64,000 nt of DNA from NCBI GenBank assembly GCA_003282205.1, contig QBZW01000001.1, positions 93,205 through 157,204 on the forward strand. Direction: 5' to 3'. The notes beneath the pieces are model-generated. The model did not search any database and was not told the DNA's origin. It was given only the letters and a program-made list of their open reading frames with translations. Position numbers and translations under genes: made by a program. This document shows, piece by piece, positions 39,297-49,921 of the stretch. Positions within the stretch are counted from its first letter, which is position 1. Every line of letters starts with the position of its first letter. This DNA is from Pelagibacteraceae bacterium AG-337-G04. Lineage in GTDB: Bacteria; Pseudomonadota; Alphaproteobacteria; Pelagibacterales; Pelagibacteraceae.

Positions 39297-40651
39297 TAAT
39301 TTAAATCTTTCACTCCAAGTAATTTTAATTTCCTATGTAAAGCTGACCTTTCCATACCTATAAATTTAGCTGTTTTGGAAATATTTCCACTAAATTTCTT
39401 CAATTGAGAAATTAAATATTGTTTTTCAAAACTTTCTCTAGCCTCTTTTAATGGAACTGTTAAGGTTTCAGTGACAGAAAATTCATCTTCAATTGACTTG
39501 GAAAGTGACTCTTTTATAATATTCATTAATCTTTCATTATCATCACCTGGTGATAATATTGCTATTCTTTCTATCAAATTTCTTAACTCTCTTACATTTC
39601 CTGGCCAATCGTAATTGAGAAGATAATTGTTATCAATAATCTTAAATTTTTTAAAATTGTTGGCTTCGCAGATATTTTCAATAAAATAATCTATTAGTAT
39701 TGGAATATCATCAATTCTCTTATTTAATGGGTCTATTTTTATATTAAATACATTTAAACGGTGAAATAAATCTTCTCTAAAATTTCCAAATTTAATTTCC
39801 TGTTGAACATCTTTACTATTTGTACAAATAATTCTTACATCAACCTTTATATCATGATTACTATTTATTCTTTTAAATTTTTGATCTATCACAACTCTTA
39901 AAATCTTTGACTGTATCTCAAGAGGAATTTCTGTAACCTCATCAATCAACAATATACCTCCTGATGCCTTTTCTAAGGCTCCATAAAATATAGAGCCATC
40001 TTTCTTCTCCTCTCCAAACAACTCAAGTTCATATTTTTTTGCATCTAGAAGTGCTCCATTGATAACTATAAATGGACCATCTTTTCTCTTGGAATTTTTA
40101 TGAACTTTTCTTGAAATTAATTCTTTTCCTGATCCTGTGGGACCGCTAATAAATATTCTACTTTCAGATTTTGATAATTTATTTATCTGATCTTTGATTG
40201 ACAGAATATTAGAACTTTTTCCTACTAATTCAAAGGTATGAAAAAGTTTAGTATTTAAGTTTTTATTTTCATTTTTTAAATTAAAATTTTCAACTGCTCT
40301 ATTTACAAAATTTAAAAGTCTTTCTTTATCAAATGGTTTTTGAATAAATTCAAAAGCACCAGATTTTAATGAATTTACAGCCATCTCAATATTAGCATGT
40401 CCTGATATCATTATTACTGGTAAATCAGGATTTTTATTTTTGATGTGGTCTAACAACAGAATACCGTCGTTGTCACCTTTATCTAATTTAACATCAATGA
40501 TTGCGACATCTGGCAGTTTTTTGTCAATTTCGGTTAAAGCTTGATTAAAGTTTGCAGCATGTCTTGTCTTGTATCCTGCATCTTTAATTAATTCATCTAA
40601 AATTAGTCTTATATCTGCGTTATCGTCTATAATTAAAATTTCAACTGACAT
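39296..40651 (-). CDS. ntrX: Response regulator NtrX (REC-AAA+-Fis HTH)
   Basis: Receiver domain, GPTGSGKE Walker A, no GAFTGA loop, WPGNVRELRN and GMERSALHRKLK motifs. Confidence 0.93.
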   Translation of the reverse strand: MSVEILIIDDNADIRLILDELIKDAGYKTRHAANFNQALTEIDKKLPDVAIIDVKLDKGDNDGILLLDHIKNKNPDLPVIMISGHANIEMAVNSLKSGAFEFIQKPFDKERLLNFVNRAVENFNLKNENKNLNTKLFHTFELVGKSSNILSIKDQINKLSKSESRIFISGPTGSGKELISRKVHKNSKRKDGPFIVINGALLDAKKYELELFGEEKKDGSIFYGALEKASGGILLIDEVTEIPLEIQSKILRVVIDQKFKRINSNHDIKVDVRIICTNSKDVQQEIKFGNFREDLFHRLNVFNIKIDPLNKRIDDIPILIDYFIENICEANNFKKFKIIDNNYLLNYDWPGNVRELRNLIERIAILSPGDDNERLMNIIKESLSKSIEDEFSVTETLTVPLKEARESFEKQYLISQLKKFSGNISKTAKFIGMERSALHRKLKLLGVKDLN

Positions 40652-42429
40652 TATTTTTTATATGGAATTATAATTTGAATTTTTGCACCGTTTTTATGAT
40701 TTAAAAATTTAATCGATCCTTCATGATCACTAATAATTTTATCTACAATTGATAATCCTAATCCAGTTCCTTTTTCTTTAGTTGTAAAATAAGGTTTAAT
40801 TATATCTTTGGTTTTTTTATTTTTAAATCCAGTCCCAGTATCAACAATATTAATGTTTATATAATCTCTTCTTTGTCTAATTTCTATATTTATATTTTTC
40901 AGAGTTTTACTGTCTTTTTCGGCTTTTTCTTGAATACTTTCGACAGAATTTTTAATAAGGTTAAAAAATAATCTATTAAATTGTTCATTATCAAAATTTA
41001 ATACTACTTCATCAGGTAAATGGTTAAGTAATCTTATTTTTACAGAATTATCAAATTTATTTACTAAGTTAATATTTTCATTAATGACATTATTTAAATT
41101 GTTTGGTTTAAATAGTGGTTTTGGCATTCTAGCAAAATCTGAAAATTCATTTACCAAATTTTCAATTTGCTTTATTTGTTTAAGAATCGTTTTAAGGTTA
41201 TTTAAATATTTTTCTTGTCTTTCATTTTCAACATTTGGTAAATATTTTGTTTTTAGATTATCAATAGTCAATTGAATTGGTGTTAAAGGATTTTTAATTT
41301 CATGAGCTAATTTTCTTGCAACATTTTCCCAGGCTTCATGTCTTTCATTAGTAAGTAATTTTTCTTGTTGATTCTTTAATCTTTCAATCATTGAATTGAA
41401 ATTTTTATTTAATCGCTCCATTTCAATATCTGATTTTAAATCTGGAACCTTAGTATCAAGATTTCCTCTACCAATACTTTCTGAAGCAGTTATCAAATTA
41501 TTTATTGATATGAAAAAACGGGATGAAAATCTTATTGCAATTGTAATAGATAAAAAGAGTAGTAGTGTAACAAGTGAAACATAAATTATAGCAAATGAAA
41601 TTCTTATACCTAAATTTTGATTTTCTACCGTATAATAAAAATTTACAGCTTCCTCAGACTCTATAAGATAATTAGATATATTCTTGTCTATATATTTTAA
41701 TACGTATAAAAAAGTATTATCATAATTTGATAGTCTTACTACTGCTGCTGACTTGTTTTCAAAAGTATTTATTATCTTTAATGGTCTATCATCATTTTTT
41801 ACCATCTGCATAGCTCTATCTTCAATTTTTTTATAATCTGAATTTGCTGCAGATCTTAATAACTTACCGTCTTGATTTATCAGGTGAAGCTGATCAATAT
41901 CTCTAAGAAATCTCTGAGTATTTAATATAATTTGATACCTCTCAGGGTCAGAATTATACAATTCAGAATATTTATTTAAATCGAATGCTATCAACACTAT
42001 CTCAGACTCTATTTTATTTCTTTTTTCATCAACATAGTTTTTGGCTATTTCATATGAATTATTAACCGCAGTAGTAATTTTTTTGTCAAAATATTTTTCT
42101 AAAGCAAAAGAAAAAATAAATAATGAAAAAATAGCTATTAGTAATGATGGGATTAGAGTAAATAATGCAAAAGAAAGTATATATTTTCTGTTGGCAACTG
42201 AACCTCTTACATTAATATTGTTCTTAATTGAATTTTTAATATCAATAAATATTAATACAAAAAATAAAAGTACCAAACAGATATTTGATATAAGGAGAAT
42301 TTCGAGACTATCTTCATTAAGTTTGATAAAACTTTTATTAATAAATGTTAAAAAAGTGAGAAAACCCAAAGAAATTGTTAATATAAATACAATTATGATA
42401 AACAGATTTCTTTTTAACAAAACAAACAT
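40651..42429 (-). CDS. ntrY: Sensor histidine kinase NtrY (HAMP-HisKA-HATPase, apparently lacking PAS)
   Basis: AWENVARKLAHEIKNPLTPIQL H-box, PYFTTKEKGTGLGL; coupled to ntrX. Confidence 0.92.
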   Translation of the reverse strand: MFVLLKRNLFIIIVFILTISLGFLTFLTFINKSFIKLNEDSLEILLISNICLVLLFFVLIFIDIKNSIKNNINVRGSVANRKYILSFALFTLIPSLLIAIFSLFIFSFALEKYFDKKITTAVNNSYEIAKNYVDEKRNKIESEIVLIAFDLNKYSELYNSDPERYQIILNTQRFLRDIDQLHLINQDGKLLRSAANSDYKKIEDRAMQMVKNDDRPLKIINTFENKSAAVVRLSNYDNTFLYVLKYIDKNISNYLIESEEAVNFYYTVENQNLGIRISFAIIYVSLVTLLLFLSITIAIRFSSRFFISINNLITASESIGRGNLDTKVPDLKSDIEMERLNKNFNSMIERLKNQQEKLLTNERHEAWENVARKLAHEIKNPLTPIQLTIDNLKTKYLPNVENERQEKYLNNLKTILKQIKQIENLVNEFSDFARMPKPLFKPNNLNNVINENINLVNKFDNSVKIRLLNHLPDEVVLNFDNEQFNRLFFNLIKNSVESIQEKAEKDSKTLKNINIEIRQRRDYININIVDTGTGFKNKKTKDIIKPYFTTKEKGTGLGLSIVDKIISDHEGSIKFLNHKNGAKIQIIIPYKK

Positions 42430-42466
42430 AATTTAAAAATATATTAGAAATAATTTTATAAAAATC

Positions 42467-43573
42467 ATGACTAATTGTTTTATACTACTAGCTGCTGGTA
42501 AAGGTAAGAGATTTAAATCTAATAATCCAAAACAATTTACAAATTATATAAATAAACCCCTATTTATGCATTCAGTAGATAAAGCAATAAAGTCAAGGTT
42601 ATTTAAATCAATAATAATTGTATCAAATATTCCAATTAAAAATATAAGAGATAAATCTATTAAAGTAATTAAAGGTGGTAGGGAAAGATATCAATCGTCA
42701 CAAAAAGCATTAAATTTTATAAAAAATAAGAAATTTTCAAATGTTTTTATTCACGATGCAGCGCGACCAAATTTTTCAATTAAATTATTGAAAAGATTAA
42801 ACACAAACCTAAAAAAAAATAAGGCAGTAGTCCCTTATGTTACAACAGATAACTCGACAAAATATAAAATTGAAAATAAAATAAAGAATTTGAAAAGAGA
42901 AAATTTACTATTTACCCAGACGCCGCAATGTTTTAACTTTAAAGCTTTGTTTAATCTTTCCAAATTAAATAATACCAAAATTTCTGATGAGGCAACATTA
43001 TTTTTAGATAATAAAAAAAAAATTAAATTTATAAAAGGTGAAGAAAATAATTTCAAAATTACAACAAAGTCTGATTTAGAAAAAATTAATATTCAAAATT
43101 TTTATGGAATTGGATTTGATATTCATAGATTAATAAAAAATAAAATATTATATCTTGGAGGTATGAAAGTTCCATTTCATTCTGGTCTAAAAGGTCATTC
43201 AGATGGAGATGTAATTATCCATGCGATAATAGATGGACTACTTGGTGCAATGAGAAAAAAAGATATTGGAACTCTTTTTCCAAGCAATAAAAAAATATTT
43301 AAAAATATAAGATCACCGAATATGTTGTCTCCTATTTTGAAAAAAATGGATGAAGAAGGATATTTTATAAATAACCTCGATATAAATTTAATTTGTGAAA
43401 GACCTAAAGTCTCAAAATATAGAAAAAAAATTGTTAATTCATTGTCTAATTTGCTTAATGTAAATAAAGATCAAATTAATCTTAAAGGTAAAACAGTTGA
43501 AAAATTAGGTTTGATAGGGAAGGAAGAAGCCATTGCGTGTGAAGTTATTGTCTCGTTAAAACATTATGTTTAA
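42467..43573 (+). CDS. ispDF: Bifunctional IspD/IspF (MEP pathway)
   Basis: LLAAGKGKRF..PKQF, IHDAARP and QTPQ in the IspD part; GIGFDIHR, GHSDGDV..HA and DIGTLFP in the IspF part. Confidence 0.95.
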   Translation: MTNCFILLAAGKGKRFKSNNPKQFTNYINKPLFMHSVDKAIKSRLFKSIIIVSNIPIKNIRDKSIKVIKGGRERYQSSQKALNFIKNKKFSNVFIHDAARPNFSIKLLKRLNTNLKKNKAVVPYVTTDNSTKYKIENKIKNLKRENLLFTQTPQCFNFKALFNLSKLNNTKISDEATLFLDNKKKIKFIKGEENNFKITTKSDLEKINIQNFYGIGFDIHRLIKNKILYLGGMKVPFHSGLKGHSDGDVIIHAIIDGLLGAMRKKDIGTLFPSNKKIFKNIRSPNMLSPILKKMDEEGYFINNLDINLICERPKVSKYRKKIVNSLSNLLNVNKDQINLKGKTVEKLGLIGKEEAIACEVIVSLKHYV

Positions 43574-44060
43574 AGGAATTAATTCTTTATTTGTTACAAT
43601 GTTTGGAATTGGGAAATTACCAAGAATTCCTGGTAGTTATGCTTCATTGGCTACTGTCATCTTATTATACTTATTATTTCATTTTTTTCATGTGTCTGCA
43701 GATTTATTTTTGTTTTTTTTAGTAGTTATTTTTTTAATTTCACTTTTTGCAATAAATTTATTTATAAAAGATTTAACTAATAAGGATCCAAAAGAAGTTG
43801 TGATTGATGAATTTATCGGTCAATCAATACCCATTTGCCTTTATGAAATAGCCCATTCAGAAAGAGCAGATACAGAAAACGTTCTAACTTTTTATTTTAT
43901 AATGTTTATTCTTTTTAGAATTTTTGATATCACAAAACCCTACCCTATAAGTTATTATGATAAAAACTTTAAGAATAGCTTTGGTGTTATAATGGATGAT
44001 GTTTGTGCTGGTTTGTATGTAGTAGCAATTCTCGTCTTTTATATGATTATTACCTCATGA
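43566..44060 (+). CDS. pgpA: Phosphatidylglycerophosphatase A
   Basis: GIGKLPRIPGSYASL, DPKEVVIDEFIG, FRIFDITKP and GVIMDD motifs. Confidence 0.94.
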   Translation: MFKGINSLFVTMFGIGKLPRIPGSYASLATVILLYLLFHFFHVSADLFLFFLVVIFLISLFAINLFIKDLTNKDPKEVVIDEFIGQSIPICLYEIAHSERADTENVLTFYFIMFILFRIFDITKPYPISYYDKNFKNSFGVIMDDVCAGLYVVAILVFYMIITS

Positions 44061-44527
44061 ATAATTTATCTTATAAAGTTGTAAAGTTACTGACTAAAAA
44101 AAAACTAACATTATCCTTTGCAGAATCATGCACTGGAGGACTTTTAGCAAGTTCTATTACATCTATTAGTGGGTCATCTAAAGTATTTAATATGGGGTTT
44201 GTGACTTATTCCAATAATGCAAAAGTAAAATTGCTTAAAGTTCCAAAAAAAACTATTACAAAGTATGGAGCAGTTAGCTACGAAACCTGTTTATCAATGG
44301 TTAAAAATTTAAGTAAAATTAGTAAATCAAATATATCAATCTCAATCACAGGAGTAGCAGGTCCGAATGGTGGCACAAAAGAAAAACCAGTCGGTCTAGT
44401 TTATATAGGTCTTAAAAAAGAAAGCAAAATAATTATAAAGAAAAACTTGTTTAAAAATAAAAAAAGAATTTTGATTCAAAAAGAAACTGCCAAGCAAGCA
44501 CTTAAAATGATTTTGAATATATTATAA
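44057..44527 (+). CDS. CinA C-terminal domain protein (NMN amidohydrolase PncC-like)
   Basis: AESCTGG, GSSKVF..GFVTYSN..K, GAVS and ITGVAGP.GG motifs. Likely start is the ATG in the ATGA overlap with the pgpA stop. Confidence 0.9.
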   Translation: MNNLSYKVVKLLTKKKLTLSFAESCTGGLLASSITSISGSSKVFNMGFVTYSNNAKVKLLKVPKKTITKYGAVSYETCLSMVKNLSKISKSNISISITGVAGPNGGTKEKPVGLVYIGLKKESKIIIKKNLFKNKKRILIQKETAKQALKMILNIL

Positions 44528-44959
44528 ACTTTCAGCTCTTTTTTGAAATGCATCAGCTATTTTTTCAAGACCAAATTGAAAAGACTTTATCATTAAAATA
44601 TTCAAAAATTTATTTTTAATTTCAAAATCAACATCAAAAGTCACCTCTGTTAAATCTCCTTGCTCCCGAAATTTCCAATTATTTTCTAAATAATTTAAAG
44701 GACCATCTATATTTGTTACAAAAATTGTGTCATCTTTTTTATTATATTTCACATCGCTTTTATAGGTGTCTACAAAAGGCCCTTTTCCAATTGTTAGATC
44801 TGCTACAATAAGTATTAGATCTCCTTTTTGTTTTCTTTCATGTACTTTTGAACCCTTGCAGAATGGAACAAATTCAGGGTATTTTTCAATATCTAAAACG
44901 AACTCTATGAGTTTGTCTTTTTTGTTATCAATTAATCTCTTAACTGATGCTTTTGGCAT
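44522..44959 (-). CDS. RatA/Coq10-like START-domain protein
   Basis: VLDIEKYPEFVPFC and GPLNYLENNWKF motifs; downstream of lipA. Confidence 0.9.
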   Translation of the reverse strand: MPKASVKRLIDNKKDKLIEFVLDIEKYPEFVPFCKGSKVHERKQKGDLILIVADLTIGKGPFVDTYKSDVKYNKKDDTIFVTNIDGPLNYLENNWKFREQGDLTEVTFDVDFEIKNKFLNILMIKSFQFGLEKIADAFQKRAESL

Positions 44960-45897
44960 TAATGAATATTTTTTCTATTATTTTTAAGTTTATTAAAATC
45001 TTCATCAGCATGATAAGAAGATCTTGTTAAAGGTGATGAAGATACTAATAAAAATCCTTTGGATTTTGCTATTTTCCCTAGCTCTTTAAATTCATCTGGG
45101 TGGTAATACCTATTTAATGGAAAGTGCTTGTTTGAAGGTTGAAGATATTGACCTATAGTTAAGAAATCAACTTCTGCAGATCTTAGATCGTCCATAACTT
45201 GAATTATTTCATCTTTTGTTTCTCCAAATCCAACCATAATTCCTGATTTTGTGAAAACATTTTTATTGAATTTTTTTGAATTTTTTAAAAGTTCTAATGA
45301 TCCAAAATATCTTGCCCCTGGTCTAACTTTTAAATAAAGACTTGGAACAGTTTCAATATTGTGATTAAAAACATCTGGGCTTGCTTCCAATACTCTTTTG
45401 TAAGCATCACCTTTTCGTAAAAAATCAGGTGTTAAAACTTCAATTGTTGTATTTGGATTTTTTTTTCTTGTTGCAACAATAACATCATGAAAATGATTTG
45501 ATCCACCATCAGAAAGGTCGTCTCTATCAACAGATGTAATTACAACATGTCTTAAACTTAATTTTTTAACTGCATTTGCTATTTTAATTGGCTCAAATTG
45601 ATCTAATTTTTCAGGTTTTCCTGTTCTAACGTCACAAAATGCACATGCTCTTGTACATGTATCTCCCATTATCATTAGTGTTGCATGCCTTTTACTCCAG
45701 CATTCAGTAATATTAGGGCAGTTTGCTTCTTGGCAAACTGTTACAAGATTATCTTTATTAACAACTGTTTTAGTTAAAAAAAATTCTTTACTATTCAATA
45801 GCTTAGATCTAATCCACTCAGGTTTCTTTTTGATAGGATTAATCGGTTTATTAACTTTTTCAGGATGTCTTGGTCTATTTTTGATTTCCATTATCAT
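44959..45897 (-). CDS. lipA: Lipoyl synthase
   Basis: [34 protein letters not shown] and RSSYHA motifs. True start likely 45897 or 45891. Confidence 0.97.
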   Translation of the reverse strand: MIMEIKNRPRHPEKVNKPINPIKKKPEWIRSKLLNSKEFFLTKTVVNKDNLVTVCQEANCPNITECWSKRHATLMIMGDTCTRACAFCDVRTGKPEKLDQFEPIKIANAVKKLSLRHVVITSVDRDDLSDGGSNHFHDVIVATRKKNPNTTIEVLTPDFLRKGDAYKRVLEASPDVFNHNIETVPSLYLKVRPGARYFGSLELLKNSKKFNKNVFTKSGIMVGFGETKDEIIQVMDDLRSAEVDFLTIGQYLQPSNKHFPLNRYYHPDEFKELGKIAKSKGFLLVSSSPLTRSSYHADEDFNKLKNNRKNIH

Positions 45898-46183
45898 TGA
45901 GTATATAGGTAGTCTCACCCTCTTTTCCAAATAAAAACTTTTCTCTTATTAATATTTCTATGAAATCAAGATCTATATTTTCTGTTAAAAGTGAATTTTT
46001 GTGCTCTAAATCGTCTATTTTGCTCTTTAGAGTAATTTGATCATATTTTAGTTGCTCATATATATCTTTCTTTTCCATGTAAGAAATTAGACCTCTATCA
46101 CCATCTAATAAATTAAAGAAAAAATAGATAAACAGAAATGTGATTATTAGAATAAAATAGTTCTTTTTAAATTTTTCTAACAT
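45875..46183 (-). CDS. ftsB: Septum formation initiator FtsB/DivIC
   Basis: TM followed by G.RGL, coiled coil, [17 protein letters not shown]; downstream of eno. Confidence 0.88.
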   Translation of the reverse strand: MLEKFKKNYFILIITFLFIYFFFNLLDGDRGLISYMEKKDIYEQLKYDQITLKSKIDDLEHKNSLLTENIDLDFIEILIREKFLFGKEGETTYILNDNGNQK

Positions 46184-47442
46184 TAATCAATTTTATTCAT
46201 TTTAGCCAATCTACCAAGATCTTCTTCAATACGAATTAGTTGGTTATATTTTGCTATTCTTTCTGATCTTGCAAGAGATCCAGTTTTTATTTGATTTGAA
46301 TTGGTGCCTACTGCTAAATCAGCAATAAATGTATCTTCAGTATCACCAGATCTATGAGAAATGATTGTTTTAAAACCAATAAGTTGAGCAAATTTTATTA
46401 CTTCTAACGTTTCGGTTACAGTTCCTATTTGGTTCAATTTTATTAAAATACTATTTGCAGATAAGTTTAGAAAGCCTATTTTTAATCTTTCAAGATTAGT
46501 TACGAAAAGATCATCACCTATTATTTGTATTTTGTTTTTTGTTCCATTTACAAATTTAGACCATGCCTTCCAATCATTTTCACCAAATGGATCCTCAATT
46601 GATTTGATTCGATATTTTTTAATAAGTTGTAGGTATTTATTAATTGATTGATCAACACTTACGTAATTTTTAGAATGAATTGAATATTTGCCTTTTTTAA
46701 TTAATTCATTTGCAGCAACATCTAAACAAATAGATATATCTTTACCATTTTTAAAACCTGATTTTTTGATCGCTCGAACTATAAGCTTTAAAGCACTCTC
46801 ATTATCACTTATCATTGGTGCAAAGCCACCTTCATCACCTACATTAATAGAGTAACCAGCTTTTTTTAATAATACTTTTAAATTATTTATTACCAAAAAA
46901 CACATTCTTACAGCATCATTAAATGATTTTGCTTTATCAGGTCTAATCATAAACTCTTGAATTCTAAGACCATTATCAGCATGCGCGCCCCCATTAATAA
47001 TATTCATTAAAGGAAAGGGCATTTTAAAATTTTTTTTAACAATAAAATTTTTATATAAAGGTATTTTTTTTACTTTAGCTGATAATTTTTTTAGAGCCAT
47101 GGATACAGCTAATATTGTATTTGCACCTAATTTTGTTTTTTGTTTTGTGCCATCTAATTTTATGAGAATACTATCTATTCTTTCTTGGTTATGGATGTTT
47201 TGATTTTTTAATTTTTTTGAAATTAATTTATTAACAGTTGCAACTGGTATTAAAACGCTTTTTCCTAGATATTTTTTATTACTCTTATCTCTTTTTTCAT
47301 AAGCCTCAAAAGTTCCTGTCGAAGCACCTGAAGGACAAATTGCTGACGCACTTAAATTATTTGAAAATACTTCGGCCTCAATGGTGGGATTACCTCTACT
47401 ATCATAAACCTGTCTGGCTACAACTCTTTTGATTTTGCTCAT
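46183..47442 (-). CDS. eno: Enolase
   Basis: DSRGNPT, PSGASTG, GDEGGF, GDDLFVTN, KLNQIG and SHRSG motifs. Confidence 0.98.
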   Translation of the reverse strand: MSKIKRVVARQVYDSRGNPTIEAEVFSNNLSASAICPSGASTGTFEAYEKRDKSNKKYLGKSVLIPVATVNKLISKKLKNQNIHNQERIDSILIKLDGTKQKTKLGANTILAVSMALKKLSAKVKKIPLYKNFIVKKNFKMPFPLMNIINGGAHADNGLRIQEFMIRPDKAKSFNDAVRMCFLVINNLKVLLKKAGYSINVGDEGGFAPMISDNESALKLIVRAIKKSGFKNGKDISICLDVAANELIKKGKYSIHSKNYVSVDQSINKYLQLIKKYRIKSIEDPFGENDWKAWSKFVNGTKNKIQIIGDDLFVTNLERLKIGFLNLSANSILIKLNQIGTVTETLEVIKFAQLIGFKTIISHRSGDTEDTFIADLAVGTNSNQIKTGSLARSERIAKYNQLIRIEEDLGRLAKMNKID

Positions 47443-48269
47443 TAATTACTTTTAATTAAATTATCAATTTCTACAATTTGATTAATAAGTTCGTCTAATT
47501 TGTCTAAAGGGATCATGTTTGGTCCATCTGATGGAGCATTATCAGGGTCCTGATGTGTTTCCAAAAATATAGCTGCAACGCCTACCGCAACTGCTGCTCT
47601 CGACAAATACTCAACAAATTCTCTTTGGCCACCACTTTTTTCGCCTAGACCTCCAGGTTGTTGCACTGAATGAGTTCCATCAAATACTACTGGATAACCA
47701 TTTTTTGCCATGATGGGAATAGATCTCATGTCTGAGACCAATGTATTATAACCAAAGCTAGCTCCTCTTTCAGTCACTAAAATATTTTCATTACCACTGT
47801 CAGAAATTTTTTTGGTTACATTCACCATATCCCATGGTGCTAGGAATTGACCTTTTTTAACATTAATGACTTTATTGGTTTTAGCAGCAGCAATTAATAA
47901 ATCTGTTTGTCTACAAAGAAATGCTGGTATCTGAAGAACGTCTACATGATGAGAAACTAGGAAACATTGTTCCTCATTATGTATATCAGTAAGAACGGGT
48001 ACATTGACATCTTTTTTGATTTTATCAAATACAGGTAGAGAGTTTTCTAAACCAGCTCCTCTTTTGCCTTTCAAACTTGTTCTATTGGCCTTATCGAATG
48101 AAGTTTTATAAATAAATCCAATATTATACTTTGTTGTAATTTCTTTAATTTTACCTGCCATGTCCAAAGCATGTTGCTCAGTTTCAAGTTGACAAGGACC
48201 AGCTATTAAACAAATTTTATTTTTGTTAGAAATTTCTATACCGTTACAATTAACTATTTTATTTTCCAT
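47442..48269 (-). CDS. kdsA: KDO 8-phosphate synthase
   Basis: IAGPC, SFDKANRTS, QIPAFLCRQTDL, KKGQF, DGTHSVQ and SDGP motifs. Confidence 0.98.
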   Translation of the reverse strand: MENKIVNCNGIEISNKNKICLIAGPCQLETEQHALDMAGKIKEITTKYNIGFIYKTSFDKANRTSLKGKRGAGLENSLPVFDKIKKDVNVPVLTDIHNEEQCFLVSHHVDVLQIPAFLCRQTDLLIAAAKTNKVINVKKGQFLAPWDMVNVTKKISDSGNENILVTERGASFGYNTLVSDMRSIPIMAKNGYPVVFDGTHSVQQPGGLGEKSGGQREFVEYLSRAAVAVGVAAIFLETHQDPDNAPSDGPNMIPLDKLDELINQIVEIDNLIKSN

Positions 48270-49881
48270 TAAAAGATTTTGCAGCTTTAATAAATGAAGA
48301 GAATAAAGGATGAGGATTTAAAGGTCTAGATTTAAATTCTGGATGAAACTGTACTCCAATAAACCATGGATGGTTTTTAAGTTCAATAATTTCAGGTAAT
48401 TGATTGTCAGGAGACATTCCTGAAAACATCAAACCTTCTTTTTCAAATTTTTGCATTAAATTCATATTGACCTCATATCTATGTCTGTGTCTCTCTTTAA
48501 TCATATTAGATTTATAGATATTTTTTATGGCAGAATTATTTCTTAGTTTTGCCTTATATAAACCTAATCTCATTGTTCCTCCAAGGTTTTTATCAGTTCC
48601 TTTTATAATTTTTCCATCTTTGTTCCATTCATCAATTAATCCTATTACGGGAAAACAGTTTTTGTCCAATTCACTAGAGCCAGCTTTTTTAATTTTTAAA
48701 ATATTTCTTGCAAATTCAATCATTGCCATTTGCATACCAAAACAAATACCTAGAAAAGGTAATTTTCTTTCTCTGGCATATCTTATTGCTTCAATTTTTC
48801 CCTCTGTTCCTCTTTTACCAAATCCTCCTGGTATCAAAATACCTGATACATTCTTTAATTTTGATTTAATTTCTTTTGATCTGAGTTTATCGGACTCAAT
48901 TCTTACTAAGTTAACTTTAACTTTATTTGAAATTCCCCCATGGGTAAGAGCTTCATCAAGTGATTTATAAGCATCTTTTAAGTTTACATATTTACCTATG
49001 ATAGCAATATTTACTGTTCCTTTTGTTTTTAAAACTATATTTGTGATTTTTTTCCAAGGCAGTAAGTTTGGTCTTTTTCTAGTTTTTATTTTGAAGAATT
49101 TTAAAACTTGCTTATCTAATTTTTGATTAAAAAAACTTATTGGAGCTTCATAAATTGTTTTTACATCAACTGTTTCTATAACATTAGCAATATCCACATT
49201 ACAAAATAAGGATATCTTTTTTCTTTGATCTAAAGAAATAGACTGTTGAGATCTACAGATCACTATATCAGGTTGAATTCCTATACTTCTTAATTCTTTA
49301 ACAGAATGTTGTGTTGGCTTTGTTTTAATTTCATCTGAAGATTTTAAAAAAGGAACAAACGTTAAGTGAATAAATAATGATTTTGATCTTCCATTATCAT
49401 TTGAAAATTGTCTAATAGCTTCTAAAAATGGCAAACTCTCAATATCACCGACAGTTCCACCTATTTCACAAATTACAAAATCTTCATTTGTAATATCTTT
49501 TTTTATAAACTCTTTAATTCTATCTGTAACATGTGGAATTACTTGAACTGTTTTTCCAAGATAACCTCCTCTTCTCTCTTTTTTTATTATATCACTATAA
49601 ATTTTACCTGTAGTAATGTTGTCAGATTTTTTGGCTGAAATATTTGTAAATCTTTCATAATGTCCTAGATCTAAATCTGTTTCAGCTCCATCATCAGTTA
49701 CAAAAACTTCACCATGTTGAAATGGACTCATAGTTCCAGGATCTACATTTAAATATGGATCCATTTTTCTTATTCTTACCTTATAGCCCTGTGATCTAAG
49801 CAAATATCCAAGGGATGCTGAAGATAAACCTTTACCAAGTGATGAAACCACGCCGCCAGTGACAAATATATATCGCGCCAT
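48259..49881 (-). CDS. pyrG: CTP synthase
   Basis: TGGVVSSLGKG, DGAETDLDLGHYERF, GICFGMQ and QFHPEF motifs. Confidence 0.99.
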   Translation of the reverse strand: MARYIFVTGGVVSSLGKGLSSASLGYLLRSQGYKVRIRKMDPYLNVDPGTMSPFQHGEVFVTDDGAETDLDLGHYERFTNISAKKSDNITTGKIYSDIIKKERRGGYLGKTVQVIPHVTDRIKEFIKKDITNEDFVICEIGGTVGDIESLPFLEAIRQFSNDNGRSKSLFIHLTFVPFLKSSDEIKTKPTQHSVKELRSIGIQPDIVICRSQQSISLDQRKKISLFCNVDIANVIETVDVKTIYEAPISFFNQKLDKQVLKFFKIKTRKRPNLLPWKKITNIVLKTKGTVNIAIIGKYVNLKDAYKSLDEALTHGGISNKVKVNLVRIESDKLRSKEIKSKLKNVSGILIPGGFGKRGTEGKIEAIRYARERKLPFLGICFGMQMAMIEFARNILKIKKAGSSELDKNCFPVIGLIDEWNKDGKIIKGTDKNLGGTMRLGLYKAKLRNNSAIKNIYKSNMIKERHRHRYEVNMNLMQKFEKEGLMFSGMSPDNQLPEIIELKNHPWFIGVQFHPEFKSRPLNPHPLFSSFIKAAKSFNGK

Positions 49882-49921
49882 GGAATTATGTTATAGCCAA
49901 TAATTTATAAAAATAAAAGTA

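Noticed and set aside
7133-45930. Longer N-terminal starts in the ORF track for xth (7133), znuC (14433), phoB (18288), cinA (44003) and lipA (45930)
   Set aside because: The extensions overlap upstream genes or regulatory sites and lack family-like sequence; downstream ATGs fit conserved N-termini and translational coupling.
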